A DNA stretch of 64,000 bases from an uncultured Actinomycetota bacterium (GTDB lineage Bacteria > Actinomycetota > Actinomycetes > Streptomycetales > Streptomycetaceae). Location: contig CAWIIU010000005.1 in NCBI GenBank assembly GCA_963836215.1, positions 690,334-754,333 of the forward strand. Reading direction: 5' to 3'. Position 1 is the first letter of the stretch. Every line of letters begins with the position of its first letter. The translations under genes were made by a program, and so were the position numbers. The notes beneath the pieces are model-generated. The model made no database searches, was not told the origin of the DNA, and saw nothing but the letters and a program-made list of their open reading frames with translations. Below, in pieces: positions 37,787 through 45,927 of this stretch.

Positions 37787-38479
37787 TCAGCCGTACAGGC
37801 GCCGCTCCAGCTCCGCGAGAGGGCTGCGCCCGAGCTGCTCCAGGAGGTCCGCCGGGTTCTCGTACACGGCGGTGGCGCCTGCCGCCTCCAGATCCGTCCG
37901 CGGGATCCCGCCGCTCAGCAGCCCGACGGCGACCACCTGGGCCCGGGTCGCGGCCTTCATGTCCCAGACCGCGTCCCCGATGAAGACCGCGCGCTCCGCC
38001 GGGACGCCGGCGAGTTCGAGGGCCTGCTCGACCGGTTCCGGCGACGGCTTGCCCTTCTCGACGTCGTCGGCGCTGGTCGTCGCGGTGATGGCGTCGTCCG
38101 CGTCGATCGCATGGCGCAGTGCTTCCAGCTCGCGGCCCGCGGCGGAGGTGGCGAGGACGATGGTCCACCCGGTGTCGGCCAGCTCCCGCAGCAGTTCGGC
38201 CGCCTTGTCCAGCGGCGCCAGGCGGCCGAAGCAGGTTCCGTACAGCACCTTGTGCGCGGCGATGACCGTGTCGTCCTCGCCGGTGTCCCGGTCGTCGCCG
38301 AGCAGGTGGGCGACCAGTTCCCCGCTCGGCAGGCCGAGCGCCCGGTGGATCTCCCGCATCGGAACCCGGTGGCCGGCCTGCCGGAACGCCTCCCACCAGG
38401 CGGTGACATGGAGATGGTTGGTGTCGGCGAGCGTGCCGTCGACGTCGAAGACCGCCGCGCGACCCTTCGGTGCGTTCAT
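37787..38479 (-). CDS. HAD-superfamily hydrolase
   Basis: FDVDGTL, LATSA, GKPSP, IGDAVWD. Confidence 0.93.
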   Translation of the reverse strand: MNAPKGRAAVFDVDGTLADTNHLHVTAWWEAFRQAGHRVPMREIHRALGLPSGELVAHLLGDDRDTGEDDTVIAAHKVLYGTCFGRLAPLDKAAELLRELADTGWTIVLATSAAGRELEALRHAIDADDAITATTSADDVEKGKPSPEPVEQALELAGVPAERAVFIGDAVWDMKAATRAQVVAVGLLSGGIPRTDLEAAGATAVYENPADLLEQLGRSPLAELERRLYG

Positions 38480-38552
38480 GCAGGGTTCCTTCCCCCGGAC
38501 GTCGGGTCCGTACGGGTGATTCGCCGTCCGGCATCGGAGTCCGGCGGCACCG

Positions 38553-38834
38553 TCAGGACCTCGGCAGCAGTGGCCCGAGCGGCCCCAGGTCGATGTTGAG
38601 GTCGCTGGGTTCGAGTCCGAACTCGTCCCTCAGTACACCCATGCGGTCCTCCAGCAGCATCAGGGTGAGCCCGATGCGCTCCTCCTGCTCCTCCGTCAGG
38701 TCGCCCTGGTCGACCCGGCGCAGAGCCTGGCGTTCCATGAGCTGGCGCAGCAGCTCCACCACGGTCAGGACGAGCTTGGCGAGGTCGCGTTCGACGGTGT
38801 CGGGGTCGAGGTCGAGCTTGCGGGGTTCGCTCAT
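38553..38834 (-). CDS. gvpK: Gas vesicle protein GvpK
   Basis: LAKLVLTVVELLRQLMERQALRR...LNIDLGPLG. Confidence 0.93.
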   Translation of the reverse strand: MSEPRKLDLDPDTVERDLAKLVLTVVELLRQLMERQALRRVDQGDLTEEQEERIGLTLMLLEDRMGVLRDEFGLEPSDLNIDLGPLGPLLPRS

Positions 38835-39034
38835 GGCGCTGCCTCCCAGGGGGACCGCACCTGCTCGGTGACCGAGCTGATGAGGGCGTTCAGGTCGATC
38901 CGTACGAGATCGACGTCGGCGATCCGGAGAGTGACGTCGCCGGTGATCACCACGCCGCCGGCGAGCAGCCGGTCCAGCAGATCGACCAGGGCGACCTGGC
39001 GCTGCGCGAGAACGGTGGAATCGCCGGAGGTCAT
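38831..39034 (-). CDS. gvpS: Gas vesicle protein GvpS (GvpA/J family)
   Basis: LVDLLDRLLAGGVVITGDVTLRIADVDL; 4-nt overlaps with both neighbours. Confidence 0.85.
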   Translation of the reverse strand: MTSGDSTVLAQRQVALVDLLDRLLAGGVVITGDVTLRIADVDLVRIDLNALISSVTEQVRSPWEAAP

Positions 39035-39795
39035 CCGTCGCCCTCCTCCCCCGCGAACGAGTAGGGCGCCCAGGGCCCGGTCAGCTCGGCGCGCAGCCCC
39101 GGCTCGTCGGGCTTGAGGCTGTTCACGGTCTCGACGAAGGCCGCGCTGTCCTCGCGCGGCACGAGATAGGCGGCGTTGAGGATGTTCTGGCCCGGGCACT
39201 CCGCGAGCTGTCCCTGCTGCGGCCGGTGCAGACGCACCGCCTCCGCGTGGCGGGACAGTTCCTCGTGCAGGCGGCGGGCCACCGCGTCGGCGGACTCCCA
39301 GGAGCGCTCGCTGGTACGGCGTTCCTGCAGCCGCCTGCGGAGATAGTCACGGCCGGTGGCGGGGGCGGTGCCGGACGCGTCCGGCACCGCCGGCGCCGTC
39401 GCCTCGGCGTACAGCTTGACGCCCCACTCGACCCTGCCGTCCAGCCGGTCCAGCGTGCGCCGGAACCGTTCACGGTCCGCGTCGAGCATGCGCCGTACGC
39501 CGTCGTCGTCCCGGCACACGGTGGCGAGCCGGAGCGGCAGCGGGCAGGCGACCGAGGCGACGGCGGCCACCACCGTCTCGTGGGCACGAGCGGTGTCGCT
39601 GAGCCAGTCGAGGTTCTCGAGGTTGTCCTTCAGCGGGACCTCGTCGAAGTCGTCGGCGGAGACCGCCGACACGACGGCGGCCAGGTCGCCGTGGCCCAGT
39701 GCGTACGCCGGGGCGCCCGCCACGCCCACGAGGTCCTTGGGGAGCGCGGCCTGGAAGGGCCGGGTCACGGCGTACACATAGCGCAGTTCGTTCAT
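39031..39795 (-). CDS. gvpL: Gas vesicle protein GvpL (GvpL/F family)
   Basis: YVYAV, ARAHETVV, PLRLAT, VEWGVKLY, TGPWAPYSF. Confidence 0.9.
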   Translation of the reverse strand: MNELRYVYAVTRPFQAALPKDLVGVAGAPAYALGHGDLAAVVSAVSADDFDEVPLKDNLENLDWLSDTARAHETVVAAVASVACPLPLRLATVCRDDDGVRRMLDADRERFRRTLDRLDGRVEWGVKLYAEATAPAVPDASGTAPATGRDYLRRRLQERRTSERSWESADAVARRLHEELSRHAEAVRLHRPQQGQLAECPGQNILNAAYLVPREDSAAFVETVNSLKPDEPGLRAELTGPWAPYSFAGEEGDG

Positions 39796-40151
39796 GCGGT
39801 GTCCCTGGTGTCCTTCACTGTCTCGTGGCGGCCCTCGACTGCCGTGGACGACGATTCCAGCTCGGCGATACGCCGCTGCAGGCGCTCGTTCTCGGCGGCG
39901 AGCTCGTCGCGGCGGGCACCCGTGGAGAGCTCCGGGTCCTCCTCCCACCAGTTGATGCCCATCTCCTTCGCCTTGTCGACGGAGGCGACGATGAGCCTCA
40001 GCTTGATGGTGAGCAGCTCGATGTCGAGGAGGTTGATACGGATGTCTCCGGCGATGACGACGCCCTTGTCGAGCACCCTCTCGAGGATGTCGGCGAGGTT
40101 CGCACCGCCACCGGAGCCGTAGGGGTCGGGCAGCCTGCCGGGCGTGGTCAT
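39792..40151 (-). CDS. gvpJ: Gas vesicle protein GvpJ
   Basis: LADILERVLDKGVVIAGDI...ASVDKAKEMGINWW. Confidence 0.9.
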   Translation of the reverse strand: MTTPGRLPDPYGSGGGANLADILERVLDKGVVIAGDIRINLLDIELLTIKLRLIVASVDKAKEMGINWWEEDPELSTGARRDELAAENERLQRRIAELESSSTAVEGRHETVKDTRDTA

Positions 40152-41227
40152 CGGCGACCGCGGCTTCCGGACCCGGCGTACTCATGGGCCGTGTCCTCGT
40201 CCTGCTCGTCGACGTCCTCGTCCGCCTCGTCGAGGGGCTCTTCCTCGGCCGCCTCGTCCTCGTCCTCGTCGACGGGCTCTTCCTCGTCCTCGTAGACGTA
40301 CTCGTCCTCCGGCTCGTCCCCCTCCGACACCTCCCCCTCGGGAAGGTCCTCGTCCTCGTACGCGTCCTCGGGCTGGTTCTCGTCCTGCTCCTGCTCCTCT
40401 TCCGCGACGGCGTCGTCGTGGCTGACGACCACCTCGCCGTCCCGGATCTCGCCGCGCCAGCCCTCGTCGGACTCGCCACGCAGGGAGATGTGGCGGGCAA
40501 AGTGCTTGAGGTCGAGCCGGGCCCGGCGGCCCTGGGCGCGCCAGATGTTGCCGGTCTTCTCGAACAGCCCCTTGGGGTAGTACTCCATGACCAGCAGCAC
40601 CCGGGTGAGGTTCTCGCCGATCTCGTGGAAGGTCACGACGCCCTTGGTGGTGCCCTTGGCGCCCTCGGACGTCCACTGGATACGCGAGTCCGGTACCTGC
40701 TCGGTCGTACGCGCCTTCCAGCTGCGGCTGGACCAGAAGACCTTGACCTTCCAGTCCGACGTGGTCTCGTCGGCGCTGCCGGCGCTCTCGACACCCTTGG
40801 CGAACGTCGAGAAGTCCTGGTATCTCGTCCACTGGTCGTAGGCGTCACGGACCGGGACACCCACATCCACGGACTCGATGATCACCATCGGCTTCTTGCC
40901 GCCGCCGCCCTTGGACTTCCCCTTGCCGCCGAGCTTCTTGAAGGCCTCGGTGACGTTGTCCTTGAGGTGCGAGGCGCCCAGTTCGACGGCGCTGCGCAGC
41001 GGGCCCTTGCCCTCGGCGACCTTCCGGCCGCCCTCCAGCGCGAGTTTGGCGAAGCCGGGGCTCTTGCCGTCCGCGATGTCGTTGAGCTTCACCGTGGTCT
41101 GCCCGAGCTTGCGTCCGGCGGACATCAGCGTCTGCTGCGCCTGTGCCGCCAGGAAACTCTGCAGCTCTTCCTTCAGCCGCTGGATCGCGGGGTTGTCCCC
41201 GCTCAGCACGCTCTGCTTCTCAGCCAC
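40148..41227 (-). CDS. gvpZ: SRPBCC-domain protein (GvpZ) with a very acidic tail
   Basis: VDVGVPVRDAYDQWT, TEQVPDSRIQW, RARLDLKHF; D/E-rich C-terminus; position in the gvp cluster. Confidence 0.82.
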   Translation of the reverse strand: MAEKQSVLSGDNPAIQRLKEELQSFLAAQAQQTLMSAGRKLGQTTVKLNDIADGKSPGFAKLALEGGRKVAEGKGPLRSAVELGASHLKDNVTEAFKKLGGKGKSKGGGGKKPMVIIESVDVGVPVRDAYDQWTRYQDFSTFAKGVESAGSADETTSDWKVKVFWSSRSWKARTTEQVPDSRIQWTSEGAKGTTKGVVTFHEIGENLTRVLLVMEYYPKGLFEKTGNIWRAQGRRARLDLKHFARHISLRGESDEGWRGEIRDGEVVVSHDDAVAEEEQEQDENQPEDAYEDEDLPEGEVSEGDEPEDEYVYEDEEEPVDEDEDEAAEEEPLDEADEDVDEQDEDTAHEYAGSGSRGRR

Positions 41228-41825
41228 GGCTGCGGCCCCCCTTCGAGGCGGCCTTCTTGGCGGTGGTGGTCTTCTTCGCCGCCACCTTCTTCGTGGTGCG
41301 CCGGGCGGTGCCGGACGCCTGTCCGGTCGCGGACCGACGTGCGGATGCCGTCTTCTTGCGCGGCGCCGTCTTCTTGCGGGGCGCGGAGCGATCCGTGTCC
41401 TCCGTGTCCTCGGAGGCCTCCGCGGCCGCGGAGCGGCCCCGGCTCCCGGTGTGCTCCTCGTCGTCGGCGCTCTCGTCCGCTTCCTCGTCACCGCCGCCGG
41501 GGACGACTCCCTGGATCCGGTCCTGCACGTCCAGCGTCCGGCCGTGCAGCCGGTCGGCGAGGCCTTCGAGCTGCCGGTTCAGCAGGGCGCCCGTGGCAGC
41601 CTTGCCGACACCGTTCATGTCTTCGCGCAGCTGGTCGCCGATCTCCTTGAACTGCGGGTTGTTCTGCAGCTGTTGGGTGACGAACTGGCCGATGGCCTTC
41701 GGGCTCAGCTGCAGCCTCTTGCCGGCCACCAGGGTGCCGACGGCGAACGCCAGCTTCGCCTTCTTCGTTCGCCCGAGCAAGTACCCCGCACCAACGGCGA
41801 GGCCCAATGTCAGCCTGTTGTTCAT
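41220..41825 (-). CDS. gvpY: GvpY-like protein with an acidic stretch and a Lys/Ala/Thr-rich basic tail
   Basis: LAVGAGYLLGRTKK N-terminus; RKKTAPRKKT...TTKKVAAKKTTTAKK tail; symbol assigned from gene order. Confidence 0.75.
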   Translation of the reverse strand: MNNRLTLGLAVGAGYLLGRTKKAKLAFAVGTLVAGKRLQLSPKAIGQFVTQQLQNNPQFKEIGDQLREDMNGVGKAATGALLNRQLEGLADRLHGRTLDVQDRIQGVVPGGGDEEADESADDEEHTGSRGRSAAAEASEDTEDTDRSAPRKKTAPRKKTASARRSATGQASGTARRTTKKVAAKKTTTAKKAASKGGRSRG

Positions 41826-42067
41826 CGTCCCTGCTCTCTGTTCTGCACGGCCTCGAGCCGGTCGAGGAGTTCGTCCTCGCGGCGGTCGAATTCGGCATCG
41901 TCGATCTCGCCCGCCTCGAGCTGTTGCTCGAGCCGGGCCAGCTCGGCCTGAATGGCCGACGGGTCGTAGTACTGCCGCTCCGCCTCGTCCACCACCTGCC
42001 CCAGCACCCAGAAGGTGCCGCGCACCGGGGCGGCGGGCAGAAGCAGCAGTTCACGGAGGAGGCCCAT
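41822..42067 (-). CDS. gvpG: Gas vesicle protein GvpG
   Basis: LLLPAAPVRG...EAERQYYDP...GEIDDAEFDRREDELLDRL. Confidence 0.92.
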   Translation of the reverse strand: MGLLRELLLLPAAPVRGTFWVLGQVVDEAERQYYDPSAIQAELARLEQQLEAGEIDDAEFDRREDELLDRLEAVQNREQGR

Positions 42068-42070
42068 GAC

Positions 42071-42787
42071 TCACTCCACGAAGCTGTACGGAGGGAGAGG
42101 GCCGGTCACGGTCAGGACGAGGTGCGGCTGGTCGACGCGGAGCGCGTCGATCGCATTCACGAAGCCGGCACTGCGGTCACGGGTGACGAGGAAGGAGAGG
42201 TTCGTCAGCCAGCCCACGCTCTGCGGGCCCGCGCTGACCTCTTCGCACACGGCTTCCAGCGCCGCCCGGACCAGGTCGGCGTCGCGGACCTCGCGGGCCT
42301 GGACGGCCGCCGCGATCCGCTCGCCGAACTGCACCTTCTGTTCGTGCGAGCCGCCCTGGGCCGCCCGGTTGGCCTCGGCCATCTCCCGCAGTGCGGGGTC
42401 GTCGGCGAGGGCGCGGTGCAGCACCGCCTCCTCGTCGTGCGTGGCCTTGACGTTGTACTCGACCTTGCCGTCGAGAGCGCTCAGCCGCTCGACGTAGTGC
42501 TCCTCCCGCTCCGCGAGTACGGCGGCCAGGGTCTCGTCGTCGGGCGAGACGCCGCCGAACCGCAGCGGCAGTACCGCACCGGCCTCGCCGGCCTGACGCA
42601 GGACGTTCTGATGCGCCAGCAGATCACGCCGCTTGGGCCTCAGGTTCTCGGGCGCGTCGCTGACCAGTGCGGCCAGCTGTCCCTGACGGACGATGCGGAC
42701 GGGCCGCGGCGGCTCCCCGATGCCGTCCGCCTTCTCCGGGAGGCTGGGGTGGGAGCTCTTCGCGATGCCGTAGACGTACGTGCTCAC
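42071..42787 (-). CDS. gvpF: Gas vesicle protein GvpF
   Basis: YVYGI, LLAHQNVL, VLPLRFG, VEYNVKA, GPLPPYSFV. Confidence 0.92.
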   Translation of the reverse strand: MSTYVYGIAKSSHPSLPEKADGIGEPPRPVRIVRQGQLAALVSDAPENLRPKRRDLLAHQNVLRQAGEAGAVLPLRFGGVSPDDETLAAVLAEREEHYVERLSALDGKVEYNVKATHDEEAVLHRALADDPALREMAEANRAAQGGSHEQKVQFGERIAAAVQAREVRDADLVRAALEAVCEEVSAGPQSVGWLTNLSFLVTRDRSAGFVNAIDALRVDQPHLVLTVTGPLPPYSFVE

Positions 42788-43224
42788 TCCGTCTCCTCCT
42801 CCTTCTTACGGGCCGCGGGGCGCCGGGTGCGCGTGCTGCGCGGCTTGGATTCGCTCTTCGCCTCGTCACGCGCCTGCTGGAAGGAGTCCGAGATGGTCTC
42901 GGCGGCTCCCGAGAGCGCGCCCTTGGTCTTGCCGCGGGCGCCGGACTCGGTCATCTCACCGACCAGGTCGGGCAGGCCCGGGTCCTTGCGCGGGCCGGCT
43001 TCCAGGTCGAGGCGGTTGCACGCCTCGGCGAAGCGCAGATACGTGTCGACACTGGCGACGACGACACGGATGTCGATCTTGAGGATCTCGATGCCCACCA
43101 GGGAGACGCGTACGAACGCGTCGATGACGAGACCCCGGTCGAGGATGAGTTCCAGGACGTCGTAGAGACCGCTGGAGCCTCCGCCTCGTCCCTGCTGCTG
43201 CTGTTGTGCCGGTACTACTGTCAT
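42784..43224 (-). CDS. gvpA: Gas vesicle structural protein GvpA with actinobacterial C-terminal extension
   Basis: LYDVLELILDRGLVIDAFVRVSLVGIEILKIDIRVVVASVDTYLRFAEA. Confidence 0.95.
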   Translation of the reverse strand: MTVVPAQQQQQGRGGGSSGLYDVLELILDRGLVIDAFVRVSLVGIEILKIDIRVVVASVDTYLRFAEACNRLDLEAGPRKDPGLPDLVGEMTESGARGKTKGALSGAAETISDSFQQARDEAKSESKPRSTRTRRPAARKKEEETE

Positions 43225-43269
43225 GGATGCCAGCCCTCCTTATGTGATGTCGTGCGTGGCGGCCGGCGA

Positions 43270-43578
43270 CTATCTGGGGTCGGGCCTGCCACGCTCGTAG
43301 CGGCGTATGCGCCGGTATCCGCTGAGCTCGCCCTGCTCGTCGAGGCTCACCTCGTAGGTGGCGAGAAGACTTGTCGTGTCGGGGACGCGGGCCACTTCGA
43401 CCACCTCGACCTCAAGCGACCAGCCCTCGTCCGCCTGCACGAACGACGAGACCGATTCGGTCTCACGGCCGGTCAGTTCCGCCAGCTGTGCGCGCGCCTT
43501 GCGCAGCACCTCCATCGGCCCCGGCTTGGACGTCTCGTTCCGGCTCTTGTTCTGTGTGTTCTCTGCTGAATCAGCCAT
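43270..43578 (-). CDS. gvpO: Gas vesicle protein GvpO
   Basis: EGWSLEVEVVEVARVPDTTSLLATYEV...RRIRRYERG. Confidence 0.92.
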   Translation of the reverse strand: MADSAENTQNKSRNETSKPGPMEVLRKARAQLAELTGRETESVSSFVQADEGWSLEVEVVEVARVPDTTSLLATYEVSLDEQGELSGYRRIRRYERGRPDPR

Positions 43579-43716
43579 GGCTCCTCCCGACTGCGTGTTG
43601 CACGTCTGTTCGCGTCCAAACCCGCAGTCGGTCCCCGAGAGCGTCTTTTCGGCGTGCCGTCGCCGCCGGTGCGGGTGACAGTGGGGGCAGCAGCCGCAGT
43701 TCACGAAGGAGCCGGG

Positions 43717-44724
43717 ATGGATCCGCGGGCAGCACTCGACAGGGTCGCGTTTCTGCTGGAGCGCTCACTCGCGGAGACCTACCGCGTCCGTGCGTTCCGC
43801 ACCGCGTCCGCCGCACTGGCCGGGATGTCGCGGGAGGAGATCGCCGAGCGGGCGGCCGCGGGAACGCTGGAGAAGGTCAAGGGCATCGGCCCGAAGACCG
43901 CGAAGGTCGTACGGGAAGCTCTCGCCGGTGACGTACCCGGCTATCTCCAGCGGCTGGAGGAGGAGGCGTCCGCGCCGCTCACCGACGGCGGATCCGAGTT
44001 GCGAGCGCTGCTGCGGGGCGACTGCCATCTGCACTCGGACTGGTCGGACGGCGGCAGCCCCATCGACGAGATGGGCCGGGCGGCGATCGCTCTCGGGCAC
44101 GAGTGGGCGGTCCTCACCGATCACTCGCCCCGGCTCACCGTCGCCCGGGGGCTGTCCGCCGAGCGGCTGCGCGAGCAGTTGGACATCGTCGCCGAGCTGA
44201 ACCGCGAGTGGGCGCCGTTCCGGCTGCTCACGGGCATCGAGTGCGACATCCTCCTGGACGGCTCGCTCGACCAGGAGCCGGAGCTGCTGGAGCGGCTGGA
44301 CCTCGTGGTCGCGTCGGTCCACTCGGAACTGCGTATGGAGAAGGCGAAGATGACCCGCCGCATGATCAAGGCGGTGGAGAACCCGCTGGTCGACATCCTG
44401 GGTCACTGCACGGGCCGGCTGGTCACGGGCAGGGGTCGGCCGGAGTCGCAGTTCGACGCGGAGAAGGTCTTCGGGGCCTGCGCCGCCCACGGCACGGCCG
44501 TGGAGATCAACAGCAGGCCGGAGCGGCTGGATCCGCCGATGCGACTGCTGCGGGTCGCGCTGGACGCGGGGGTCGACTTCGCGATCGACACCGACGCTCA
44601 CGCCCCGGGGCAGCTCGACTGGCAGATCCTCGGCTGTGCGCGGGCGGAGAAGGCGGGCGTCCCCGCCGAGCGGGTGATCAACACCCTCGGCGCGGCCGAG
44701 CTGTTGGACCGGGTCGCGCGGTGA
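43717..44724 (+). CDS. PHP-domain protein with an N-terminal PolX-type 8-kDa/HhH region and no polymerase core
   Basis: YRVRAFRTA, KVKGIGPKTAK (HhH), GDCHLHSDWSDG, LTDHS, GIECD, GHCTGR, DTDAH; 335 aa. Confidence 0.9.
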   Translation: MDPRAALDRVAFLLERSLAETYRVRAFRTASAALAGMSREEIAERAAAGTLEKVKGIGPKTAKVVREALAGDVPGYLQRLEEEASAPLTDGGSELRALLRGDCHLHSDWSDGGSPIDEMGRAAIALGHEWAVLTDHSPRLTVARGLSAERLREQLDIVAELNREWAPFRLLTGIECDILLDGSLDQEPELLERLDLVVASVHSELRMEKAKMTRRMIKAVENPLVDILGHCTGRLVTGRGRPESQFDAEKVFGACAAHGTAVEINSRPERLDPPMRLLRVALDAGVDFAIDTDAHAPGQLDWQILGCARAEKAGVPAERVINTLGAAELLDRVAR

Positions 44725-44740
44725 TGCCGCTCATGGTCCC

Positions 44741-44765
44741 GTTTTTCACCCAGGACACCGGGCAC
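44741..44765 (+). promoter_or_regulatory. SigB-like promoter for dps
   Basis: GTTT-N15-GGGCAC, 35 nt before the ATG. Confidence 0.65.
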
Positions 44766-44800
44766 CCGTTCACTCCGTAAGCATCGAGGAGAGGAACGGC

Positions 44801-45283
44801 ATGTCTGTGGTGAAGAGCACGCTCACCGACGAAGCGCGTCAGGTGACCGGCGACGCCCTGCAGGGCACTCTGGTGGATCTGCTCGATCTCTCGCTGCTGG
44901 CGAAGCAGGCGCACTGGAACATCGTGGGCCCGCGCTTCCGCAGCATCCACCTTCAGCTCGACGAGGTCGTGGACACGGCCCGCTCGTACGCCGACACGGT
45001 CGCGGAGCGCGCGGCGTCCCTCGGCGTCACCCCTGACGGCCGCGTCGAAACGGTGGCCAAGACCAGCGCGCTGCCCGCCGTGAAGGAGGGCTGGCTGCAG
45101 GACACGGAGGTGGTCCCGCTGCTGGTGGAGGCGTTGAACACGGCGATCGGCCGGCTGCGGGAGCGGATCGAGGCCACCGAGAAGGCCGACCTCGTCACGC
45201 AGGATCTGCTGATCGGCCTGACGGCGGCGCTGGAGCAGCAGAGCTGGATGTTCCAGGCAGAGAACTGGCCGGCGCAGGGGTGA
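44801..45283 (+). CDS. dps: Dps, DNA-protecting mini-ferritin
   Basis: KQAHWNIVGPRFRSIHLQLDE, DTVAER, DLVTQDLL. Confidence 0.95.
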   Translation: MSVVKSTLTDEARQVTGDALQGTLVDLLDLSLLAKQAHWNIVGPRFRSIHLQLDEVVDTARSYADTVAERAASLGVTPDGRVETVAKTSALPAVKEGWLQDTEVVPLLVEALNTAIGRLRERIEATEKADLVTQDLLIGLTAALEQQSWMFQAENWPAQG

Positions 45284-45290
45284 GCGGACC

Positions 45291-45315
45291 GTGTGCTCGC
45301 CGGAACCGCGGGTAG
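45291..45315 (+). promoter_or_regulatory. Weak SigB-like promoter candidate for the VOC gene
   Basis: GTGT-N15-GGGTAG ending 9 nt before the ATG. Confidence 0.3.
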
Positions 45316-45324
45316 GCGGGTTCC

Positions 45325-45783
45325 ATGACGGTCCATAAGACAAGTGTGCTGGTACTGGACTGCGCCGAACCCGCGGAGCTGGCGGAGTTCTACGCCGCTC
45401 TGTTCGGCGCGGAGGTCCACGTCGGGACGGATCCCGACTTCGTGGAGGTCATCGGTCACGACGGCGTACACCTCGCCATCCACCGGGACTTCGGCTACGC
45501 GCCCCCGAGCTGGCCCCGGCCCGAGGACTCGCAGCAGGCCCATCTGCGCATCCTGGTGGAGCGCGGGGACATGGACGAGGCCGAGCGGGAAGCGGTGAGC
45601 CTGGGGGCGAGGCCGGTGGACACCAAGGACAACAGCGGTCCGCGCGATGTCCGCGTGTACTCCGACCCGGCCGGTCACTCCTTCTCGCTGGCCGTGTCCC
45701 CGCAGCCGCGCCGCAGCGAGCGGCAGGCGCGCGAGGACGAAAGGTCGGCGATCAGCGAGGCCGGCCGGGGCGGCCCCGCCTGA
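45325..45783 (+). CDS. VOC/glyoxalase-like family protein
   Basis: VLDCAEPAELAEFYAALFG, QQAHL, DPAGHSF. Confidence 0.88.
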   Translation: MTVHKTSVLVLDCAEPAELAEFYAALFGAEVHVGTDPDFVEVIGHDGVHLAIHRDFGYAPPSWPRPEDSQQAHLRILVERGDMDEAEREAVSLGARPVDTKDNSGPRDVRVYSDPAGHSFSLAVSPQPRRSERQAREDERSAISEAGRGGPA

Positions 45784-45927
45784 GGCCGCACGCCGCACCG
45801 GGGGATGTTCGCCGCGCGTACAGCAGCCCTTCACGCTGCTGATGTCGCGGCGCCCCTTCCCTTCCCTTCTCTCCTCTTGGACACTCCCGCCGGATGTGTT
45901 TTTCCGACTCCAAGAGGTCACACCTTC

